Shown here piece by piece: positions 53,806 to 64,000 of a stretch of 64,000 nucleotides of DNA. Both the position numbers and the translations under genes were made by a program. Positions within the stretch are counted from its first letter, which is position 1, and every line of letters starts with the position of its first letter. This stretch comes from Octopus sinensis (taxonomy: Eukaryota): assembly GCF_006345805.1 (NCBI RefSeq), contig NC_043011.1:48496464-48560463 (forward strand), written 5' to 3'. The notes beneath the pieces are model-generated. The model ran no database searches and was not told where the DNA came from. It worked only from the letters and a program-made list of their open reading frames with translations.

Positions 53806-54590
53806 CTGTTTATTTTCTGTTTTGTTTTATAGTGTTTCTTGTTTTGCCATTCAAAAAATAAAAAGTGTTACTTTCTCCAATATTCATACTAAAAATATTG
53901 CTTGTGTTTATATACATGCATTTGCGTGTTCATAAATATGAGTGTTACAAGTGGACGTTTACGCACCAGTGTTTCTAACTGTGCATATAAAGGACAGTTT
54001 CATGTGTATAAACATGGAACTCACATGTATGATGCACAATGTTTGCAAACACCTCAATCAATATCGTTAAATTTTGTTTTCAAATTACTTCTGCATTTGT
54101 CCTATTTACTGTCCACAGACTTTTTAAAAAAATCATTTTTTGTAGTCAACAACACTATGATGGAGTTTAGTAGTGCTGTAACACTGAAGTTCTTCAGAAT
54201 ATGCTTCTTTAAAGAATTCAACTCATTAAAAGTCTTTTCTCTGCTGTTTAGAGAAAACCAGAACCAATAAATAGGATACTGAGTGCTTCACACACCATTT
54301 TCATACATAACACCTGCAGATATATATTGTATGTGTGTGTGTGTGTGTGTGTGTTTTTTGTGTGTGTGTTGTGTGGTGTGGTGTTATGTATGTATGTATG
54401 TATATATAGCTATATATGTATTATATATATATATAGATATATTATATATATGTTTATATCTATATATACATAATATATATAATATATATATATATATGTA
54501 TGGCCCGGTGTCCCGGTTGATCCGGGTTAACCACAGTAAGTAAGGTACTCAATACATAGCAGAGTAAAATTAATTTATTATAATAGAAGG

Positions 54591-54641
54591 AGCTTCTACA
54601 GGACTAGTACTGTTTCATTCAAGAGAAATCTTCAGGAAGCT
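54591..54641 (-). ncRNA. Type I hammerhead motif (family H4)
   Basis: Minus strand AGCUUC-CUGAAGA-u-UUC(UCUU)GAA-u-GAA-ACAG(UACUAGUC)CUGU-A-GAAGCU; 6-bp stem I, GUA triplet, stem II closed by U-U. Confidence 0.65.
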
Positions 54642-54949
54642 ATTTCAAGAATTGTATTAGCATTTATACATTTAGGCAGGTTTAAAGGAGTGGTGGTGGG
54701 GGACTTTTTTTGGGGGTAGGCATAGCGCAAAATATCATACTTGGGGGAGTGGTCAAGGAGTCAGTGGTAAGTTAGATGAAAGAATAGATAAATCAAAAAA
54801 ATAAAATAAAAAATAAAAATAAAAAATAAAATAAAAAAAATAAAAAAAAAAAAAAATAAAAATAAAAAAATAAAAAAAATAAAAAATAAAATGTGTGCAC
54901 ATACTTACATAAACACATATACATACACACACACATACGTACACATGTG

Positions 54950-55000
54950 TGCCTATACATACCTACACATACACACATACATACATATATATATAATATC

Positions 55001-55039
<39 letters not shown>

Positions 55040-55474
55040 ATCAAATACAGGCCCATTCCCTAATTTTAATTTGTATTATCTTCATTTATTACTTTTGTTA
55101 TCTTTGATCGCTAGGGCTAAGGATCCTGGCGATGGCAGCATGTCCAATTGTCTGTCTACTAGAAGGCAAGTACTCGTTCCCGCACACACACTCATTACAC
55201 GTACATACACCCATTCGTACACTCATACACATACACGTACGCACGCGTTATATTCATATACCAACATCTACATACGTTCACGTATATACACCTACGTACT
55301 CGTACCTACAGATTCATGTCTACACTTTAGGAGGCTAGTCTATATATATACACCAATAAATATACATATATATATATATATATATATAATATATATATAC
55401 ATATACACATACAACACACACACACATATATAATACTCCTACATACAGATACATACCCATATATATATACATAT

Positions 55475-55510
<36 letters not shown>

Positions 55511-55767
55511 ATACATATATTATATTATATATATATATATACATACATACACACACACACATATATACACACACATACATACCATATATATACATACACA
55601 AACATATATACACACATATATATATATACATATATACACACATACATACACACACCTACATACATATATACACACCAACACATACATACGTAACATACAT
55701 ACATACATCCATACATCCATACTTCCATGCATTTATAATACGCATACACCACCCCACACCCCCCCTC

Positions 55768-55798
<31 letters not shown>

Positions 55799-56300
55799 TT
55801 ATATATACACACTCACACATACATATACAAATACGCCCACACATACATACATAACCGTTACGCATACACGCACATACACATATACATGCGTACCCATACA
55901 TGTGCACACACGCACTGCATCCATATATATACCACCCACACACAATATACACGTGTGCAAGCATACATACATACTCATACACGCACACATACTTACCTAT
56001 ACATATATGCACACACGTACACACATATATACATACACATACATGCATACATACATATATGCATACATACACATACACGCACATCACACATACACACATG
56101 CGTACCCATACACGTGCCGCACGGCACGCGCATCCCTATATATACACACACACACATATATATACACGTGTGGCAAGCATACAAACATACTCATACACGC
56201 GCACATACTTACATATACATATATGCACACTTACACACATATATACATACACATATACATGCATACATACATATATGCATCATACACACACACCGCACTC

Positions 56301-56335
<35 letters not shown>

Positions 56336-56552
56336 ATACACATAATATATATACATTATATAACACAAACTATATATACACATATACCATACACATACAT
56401 GCACACCTACACCCATACACATACACATACATACCTATATATATATATATATATATACACATATATACACATATACACATACATATATACACACATACAT
56501 ACATATACATACACACACACATACATATAATACACGGATCACATACCCATAC

Positions 56553-56584
<32 letters not shown>

Positions 56585-56705
56585 CACCTATACACATGCA
56601 TATACTTATATCTCTACACCTCTCACATATAAACATATTATATATACACACACACATATATATACATGTACACACACATACACATATACATACATATATA
56701 CACAT

Positions 56706-56736
<31 letters not shown>

Positions 56737-56751
56737 CACATACATATATAT

Positions 56752-56791
<40 letters not shown>

Positions 56792-56885
56792 TATACCCCC
56801 ACATATATACATATCTATACACACATATACCACACCACACACACACCCACATACATATACATATACATGTATACATACATACATA
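54950..56885. repeat. Very long compound (TA)n/(CA)n/(TACA)n tract with an internal ~210-bp duplication
   Basis: tgcgtacccataca at ~55887 and ~56099; acacgtgtg(g)caagcatac at ~55949 and ~56164. Confidence 0.9.
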
Positions 56886-56981
56886 CTTGAATGAAACAGT
56901 ACTAGTCCTGTAGAAGCTCCTTCTATATAATAAATAAAATATATATATATATATATAATATATATATAATATATATATGTA

Positions 56982-57021
<40 letters not shown>

Positions 57022-57427
57022 TTATATAGATATAGATTCATTTCTTTCAAATGTAATTCCGTTCCTCAAAATTTTCCTTTTTATTACATTCAATTCAAAT
57101 AACCAAACATGGAGATGCCAGACTTAATGCTTTGTGCATATTTAGTTAATCATTTTACATCCAGAGTTCAAATCCTGCCATGTAAGACTGGCATCACATT
57201 TCATAAATTCTGGCACATTATAAAATTAATACTAGTTAAATATGCTCCACATTCATTGTTTAACAGAATCGGTGGAGTAACAGACAAATGCTTTATAATA
57301 TAGAAAAAGAAAAGAAAAATATGTAAGCTTGTAACAACGCAGAAAGTTTGACAAAACTGTTATATTTCAGGCACAAAGGCCTATCCTCAGAAGAAAGCAG
57401 TCCAAGAAGTTACCATATTTATTTCTG

Positions 57428-57615
57428 CTTAGTAGTATTTCGTCTGCCGTTACGTTCTGAGTTCAAATTCCGCTGAGGTCGACTTTGCTTTTCATCCTTT
57501 CAGGGTCAATAAATTATGTACCAGTTATGCACTGGGGTCGATGTAATCGACTTAATCCCTTTGTCTGTCCTTGTTTGTCCCCTCTGTGTTTAGCCCCTTG
57601 TGGGCAATAAAGAAA
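57428..57615 (+). mobile_element. SINE family B, 5'-truncated, little diverged
   Basis: Very similar to 48170-48360. Confidence 0.75.
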
Positions 57616-57766
57616 GAAGAATCGTTAGCATGCTGGGCTAAATATGTTTGTGCCACTTCAGCTGTCTTTACATTCTATGTTCAAATTTAGATGGGGCTAA
57701 TTTTGCCGGTCAACCTCTTGGTATCGATAAAATAAATACCTGACAAACACTAGGGTCGATGTAATT

Positions 57767-58172
57767 AGTTAGTTAGTTAATTTGGCTCAAAAGCAAATAG
57801 CAAGGCCATGTAGCGGGACATGGAGTTAAGTACAGGGTGGTGTTCATGTAAAGAGTTCAGGCCACTTGAGGTCCAGGGAGGCTTTGAACAAAGCGGTCAT
57901 CGGCATCTTTACCATCTCGTCTGGCAGCTTGTTCCACGGATCCGCAACCCGGACGGAGAAAGCTCCTCTCCTTCGATTGAGATGAAATCGTCGCAGGTAG
58001 AGCTTTTCGGAATGACCCCGCAGCCGATGCTCTGGAGCAGAAGAGAAGAACAGCTCTTTCGAGAGGTTACACTTTCCGCTTATGATGTTGTGGGCGAGAA
58101 TGAGATCACCACGGCGGCGGCGTTTTTCAAGAGAATAAAGGTCGAGCGTCCTCAGCCTTTCTTCGTAGGACA
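57767..58172 (-). mobile_element. Young 5'-truncated CR1-like LINE, uninterrupted ORF2 C-terminus, (TAAC)n tail
   Basis: LSYEERLRTLDLYSLEKRRRRGDLI...LRGHSEKL...FSVRVADPWNKLP; CpG-rich; flanked by aatt at 57763-57766 and 58173-58176; splits a SINE-B copy. Confidence 0.9.
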
Positions 58173-60291
58173 AATTGACTTACTCCAGCCCCGAACTTAC
58201 TGGCCTTGTGCCAAAATTTGAATCCAGTATTTATTTCCACCAGAGTTGATTGTGCCAGCCATTTCTTGAAATTTTTGGAATTGGTTAATTTGACCCCTAT
58301 CTGATGAACTGGCAGAATCATTAATTAGCACGTAGGACGAAATGTGGAATTGCATTTCTTCTGTCCCTTTATGTTCTGAGTTCAAATCCCACTGAGCTCA
58401 ATTTTGCCTATCAGTCTTTCAGGCTTGATACTACAGTCATGCACTGAATGTTGGGGGTCTATGAAATCATCTAAATCTTCTCTCTAAAATTGCTGGCCTT
58501 GTGCCAAAATTTGAAACTATTATTAGTAGAACCAATGAAGCAGCAAATAGAAACAGAGTTGTACTATTTAGTACTGGCCCAGTCACCTTGCACAGTACTC
58601 ATAACCTCTCATTGGCATTTTATTTTTCTGTGTCTATATTACCTCTTTTTCCCTATTTTTATTTCCAGATTAGAAGGAAGGATCAGTTTGTAAAATGTTA
58701 GTTGTTTTTCCATTCCTCTTAGAAAAATAAAATCACACTCTCCAAACTGTTCTATAAATTCTCACCTATCTCCTCTTTAAACTCTAAACTCAGTTCTTAC
58801 TAAAGTCAGATTTACTCTTCACCCTTATCATCATCATCATCCAGTGTTTTAAATCTGGGTTTTGTCCCCATTAACAGGGATGGCTGGATCTGCCTCAGTG
58901 CCATAACAACCACCCTCACACCATCTCACCATCTTGCCCACTTTTGGGTATCCTGTTTGCACCTTCCCTTTTGAGGTAGGCAGGTGCAGCCCACCCCAAC
59001 CTTTGGGCTGGCTGATGCCCATTCTCCTTTGCTATCATCAGGCTTTCTCAGAGCTGGATTTTCTATAGGAAGCATGCCCTTCCTTACTCCCAACCACAGT
59101 TTCTAGACACAAGTGGTCCTGAGATCAAGGCTTTTACCATGATTTTTCTTCCCCCACCATCGCTTGACAACCCATGTTGGTGTGTTTAAGTCCCTGTAAC
59201 TTAGCAGTTCAGCAAAAGAGACCAGTAGAATAAGTACTAGGCTTACAAAAAATACGTCCTGGTGTTGATATTTCTTCAACTAAAAGGTAGTACTCCAGCA
59301 TGGCTGGAGTCAAATGGCTGAAAGAAATAAAAGAAAAAAGAAAAAAATGGTGGAATTTGAACTCAGATTGTAAAAACAGATGTAATGCTACTCAGCATTT
59401 TACCCGGCTATCTTACAATCCTGCCAGCTTGCTTCCTTGGGTCTACCAATTATTGCAAAATAACCTGATAGGCAAATTCTAAACATAACTGTTTGACTGA
59501 AATTCTTTTCTTTTGAAATGAAATATTAATTTGAATTGAGTGAATTAATGACCAATTATTTATGTCTTATCCTTGGATAGTAATTAACAAATACTGAAGC
59601 CTATAATTTGATTATAATGCAGTTTTCAATTGATTTTTGTGTTTTATAGAATGCATTTCCATCGAAGCATCTCATAGCTAATTGTGTAGCGTATGAATTG
59701 AATTTTAGAAATTGCTCCGATTCTATCACCTCCCACCACTACTCCTTGCCACCACCTCTACCTACAATATTTACCCATTCCACTAACAAACAATTAGGAT
59801 GAAAGTTTCACTGCATTCACAGAAAGATTCTTAAATTCCTTAAAAATCTCAAATTAAGAATGAATACAATAGTGGTGGTTGTGGTAGCAGTGGTGATAAG
59901 GGATGATGGTGGCGGTGTTGGTGGTGTTGGTGGTAGTGGTATTGGTGGTGGTGATTTTGGGTATGCTGATAGCGAAAGTGGTGACATGATAGCCATCGTT
60001 GTGAGGCATACACTTATATCAAGGTAAGTCAGTCCCGTTTCACAGAAACAAGAGTTCATGAGGCAAACGGGAATACTCTCCGTATGCATTCATGTATTAC
60101 TCTTTTACTCTCTTTTACTTGTTTCAGTCATTTGGCTGTAGCCATGCTGGAGCACCGCATTTTAGTCAAGCAAAGATTAAGAAATTTACAGTTGTTATAG
60201 CCAGGCTATAGATTTAAATTTGAACTTGTAATCACAGATGCATTGAACCATGCAACAATAAATTTGCATAAAAGCCTATAAATCTCTTTTG

Positions 60292-60480
60292 CACTTTTAC
60301 TTGTTTCAGTCATTTGACTGTGGCCATGCTGGAGCACCGCCTTTAGTCGAAAAAATCGACCCCAGGACTTATTCTTTGTAAGTCTAGTACTTATTCTATC
60401 AGTCTGCTAAGTTACGGGGATGTAAACACACCAGCATTGATTGTCAAGTGATGTTGGGAGACAAACACAGTCACACAAAC
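60292..60480 (-). mobile_element. SINE family A, 3' half; smaller tails at ~59150-59340, ~60100-60170 and ~61280-61330
   Basis: Homology to the SINE-A 3' region. Confidence 0.75.
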
Positions 60481-61142
60481 ATATATACACACACACTCAC
60501 ACACACACACACACACACATACACACACACATACACACAGACACACACACACACATACACATATACATATAGATTCAAATAAAATTAACATCTGAGGTAA
60601 TTCCTCATGTTTGATAAATCCAAATATTGTTTAGAAGAATTTCAAGAAATCAGAGTGTATGACAACAAGAATGGAGAAAATCACATTTTTGATTGATAAT
60701 TACACTATGCATTATCAAAGATCATTTCTATTGTGTTATCATATTTAGATATGGAAAAATGGTACACAAGTTGAATCAATATATCCGAGAATTTAGGCTA
60801 ACACAATGTTATCAAGGTAAGCCAAACAGGTTAAATCCAAAGTGGACTGAGATATTATATTTGATACATGAACGCATACAAAAAGAACATTATTAAGAAA
60901 TGTTATATTCTAAGAAAAGCCAGTTTAGTTTTTAAACTTTTGATGATATCAGTAGATACTGAAAGAATAAAAGCTTAGAAATTCTGTCATGACATTTAGC
61001 TATTTAACTATTTATATACTTGAAAAATAAAAAAATGCTTAGGAAAATTATGCATATTAGATTATAGGAAAAGCACTTAGAATTAAGGCATTCTTTACTA
61101 TTGCAATATTTAAATGCTTTTCTGTATTGTTCATGTTGCCAG

Positions 61143-61186
<44 letters not shown>

Positions 61187-61493
61187 CATACAGAGTGTGG
61201 TGAATATATTCACATCTAAATTACACAAAAATGAAAATAACACTGATGTCTCATTTTAATAGATATTCTTTTCTTTTATTCTTTTAATTGTTTCAGTTAT
61301 TTGACTGTGGCCATACTGAAGCACCATTTCCAAGTAAGTTTATCTATCTAGCTATCTATTCTTCTTTTTTACTTCTTTCCCTTTTACGATCCCTTTTGAT
61401 CGAAAACCTACCCCACTTTTTTTCCCCAAAAAAGAAAAGCTCTACTTTGTAATCTTTCCCATCTGTGTGCAGCCCTGTGTTGCTAAAAAAGAA

Positions 61494-61604
<111 letters not shown>

Positions 61605-61810
61605 AACATATACATAAATATCTACCTATGTATACATTTACCTACATGAGAAACTGCAACAGCACACACTAGTTGAAACAAAGTCTAAAAATGATGGTTG
61701 GTTTAGGAACTTTTTTTGTTCCAAATGAACAGCAATGCACTCAAACGAAAATATGAGATAATCCCAATAAAATTTCTGACTGCAACACAGTCATGTTTGC
61801 AAATGTGCCT

Positions 61811-61849
<39 letters not shown>

Positions 61850-63420
61850 CTGCATGTGTATGTGTGTGTACGTGTGTTAGCGTATGTGTCTGCTTATATA
61901 ATGAGAATAATGATAAAGGTGGCAATGTTGATGATAATGACAATTATTATGACTGATAACAGCGAAAGATTAAGAAGAATAGCATAAAATGAAGGTATCA
62001 GATGATATTCTCCTTAAACTTTCTAAAACCTGGAATCTCACTGCCATTTCACCCATACTTCCTTAAACAGCAACATTTCTTTTTCTAAAAACCTCTGTCC
62101 TCTTGGCCTTCTTCATTGGAAGTTTTCTTAACTGAACAAATCCAATCAGCGTCTTTTCAGCTACGAACATACAACATCTTGAAAGTAATGACACATGCTA
62201 TCTCAAAGGAAACTGTTTGACCTTGTTTTCCTTCTTTATTTATGTATCAAAATATTGTCATTTATTCTTTATATGTTGTGACTTTAACAATTGTTGAACC
62301 TTAGGTAAAGCCTATCCTCACTGATTCATGTTCTTTGTGTAATAAAGACTCTCAAGCCATTTAAACTATCCTTTCAATTACACATGATGAAGTGTCTTTA
62401 TGTAGATAGACGAACAAAACAAGAAGAAAGAAGATAGATGAAATAATAAGAGAAAAAAAGAGGAAGAAATGAAAAGAAAGCGGGAGAAGAGACAGAAGGC
62501 AAATGAAAAGATTATTTTGAAAAGGACGAAAAAAATGATGAAAAATATAGGAAAAAACGGAAAATGAAACGGAAAAATTGGAAGAAGGAAAAGACAGAAT
62601 TTGAAGAAAATTGTAGAAAAAAAAAACGTAAGAAGAAGCTTAAGAAATGAAAGTGAAAGTGAAAGTAAAAGAATATGGAAAAGGTAACAAAACTAGCTCA
62701 TGGAAAAAGATGGGAAAAAAAAAAATCAAGATTATGGAGGATGAGAAAAATGTAGAAACAAGAGAAAAAATAATTGTAGTAGTAGTAGTGGTAAGAGTAT
62801 CGGTAAAAAAAATGCTTTGCAGTAATTCTTCCAGCTCCTTACATTCAAAGTTCAAATCCTGCTGAGGTCAACTTTGCTTTTCATCCCTTAGATAGGGGTG
62901 AATATAATAAAATACCTGTCAATTACTGGGGGTTGAAGGTTATTGACTAACACCTTTCCAGGTTTGTTCAAAATGAGGGCTGACCTTGAACCAAACAGCA
63001 ACAATTTCCGAAAATTTCAGATCCTTGTTTCTCTGTACTTTGTAATATATCATGATGAGCGGCTCAATTTGGCAGAACTCATTTCTTTTCAGATTTAGTA
63101 AATCACAAGGATGAGGAGAAAGAGAAGGGAAAATAAAATAGCTAAACCAGGAATAAAATTTGTAGTGCAGTCACATCTTACTTGAAGTTTATCACTCTTT
63201 AACACCTCGCATAACACTATTTTTACACTGTTTGCTCAAAGACAATGTAATGCAAGACAATTCACAGAGATATATAACCAAAGAAGACAACGACATCAAC
63301 AGGTTAAAAGCATTTATAAATCCAAGCAAAGGGAGCCTCTAAGTAATCATCCATTCCTCTAGAAATAGCAGCAAAATTTCCTTCAAATCTCATACTAAAT
63401 AGAGAAGCATACATTGGTTA

Positions 63421-63731
63421 GTGGAGGCGCAATGGCCTAGTGGTTAGGGCAGCGGACTCACGGTCGTAGGATCGCGGTTTCAATTCCCAGACCGGGCGTT
63501 GTGTGTGTTTATTGAGCGAAAACACCTAAAAGCTCCACGAGGCTCCGGCAGGGGGTGGTGATCCCTGCTGTACTCTTTCACCACTCTTTCTCCCACTCTT
63601 TCTTCTGTTGGCCTGCTCGCTTAGCCAGCGGGGTGGTGTCATTCGAAGGCTAAAACAATGCAAACACATTGTGACCAGCGATGTGTAACAACATCTGATG
63701 GTCTGGTCGGTCACGGTGATCACGTGTGATC
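63421..63731 (+). mobile_element. SINE family C, different 3' tail, 10-bp TSD
   Basis: TSD acattggtta at 63411-63420 and 63732-63741. Confidence 0.9.
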
Positions 63732-63829
63732 ACATTGGTTAATGTTTACATTGATATACAGAACGATGGAGTGGTTGTGGCTGTAATGCCATGATGATAT
63801 TTCTGCTAGGTCAAGACTGGTCTTAATTT

Positions 63830-64000
63830 TTATAAGATAGGTCTGGAGGGAGGAGCAATGCCCTTGGACTTCACAGGCCTTCCAAGACGAGTAAGACCGA
63901 TGCTGTTTATACTTTGTTTAAGCTGTTCAAAATTGACAATAACAGGAGGAAAATCCAGAGAGTTAATATTCAGAAGAAGAAGGACTTGGAATTGTGGTTC
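63830..64000. other. Possible coding segment at the window edge; strand and identity unresolved
   Basis: Minus frame open for 56 codons (EPQFQVLLLLNINSLDFPPV...APPSRPIL*); mirror plus frame also open (RSGGRSNALGLHRPSKTSKTDAVYTLFKLFKIDNN...) after an acceptor-like tcttaatttttataag. Confidence 0.25.

Noticed and set aside
62040-62200. Minus-strand frame ...KKAKRTEVLEKEMLLFKEVWVKW*, loosely like a Tx1/L1 ORF2 end
   Set aside because: Short and without diagnostic motifs.

Overview
AT-rich, microsatellite-dense eukaryotic non-coding DNA. The repeat families I recognise point to an octopus (coleoid cephalopod) genome; this rests on recall of the repeats, not a database search. I found no host protein-coding gene I can support, and almost all ORFs in the supplied track are (TA)n/(CA)n/(TAA)n artefacts. 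The window holds at least four abundant SINE-type families (labelled A-D here), 3' fragments of CR1-like and HERO/R2-group LINEs, piggyBac- and mariner-type non-autonomous DNA elements, two minisatellite arrays with higher-order structure, and a ~1.4 kb near-perfect tandem duplication. The main signal is a set of short foldback (inverted-repeat) elements, many next to (AT)n tracts, carrying minimal type I hammerhead ribozyme motifs from six unrelated sequence families. These include compensatory core variants (C3-G8, U3-A8, G3-C8) and palindromic stem III, the hallmark of Penelope-like element (PLE) ribozymes. One family is joined twice to a tRNA-like Pol III head, suggesting a ribozyme-bearing, possibly PLE-mobilised SINE. 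Coordinates were read by eye; ends of decayed repeats are approximate.
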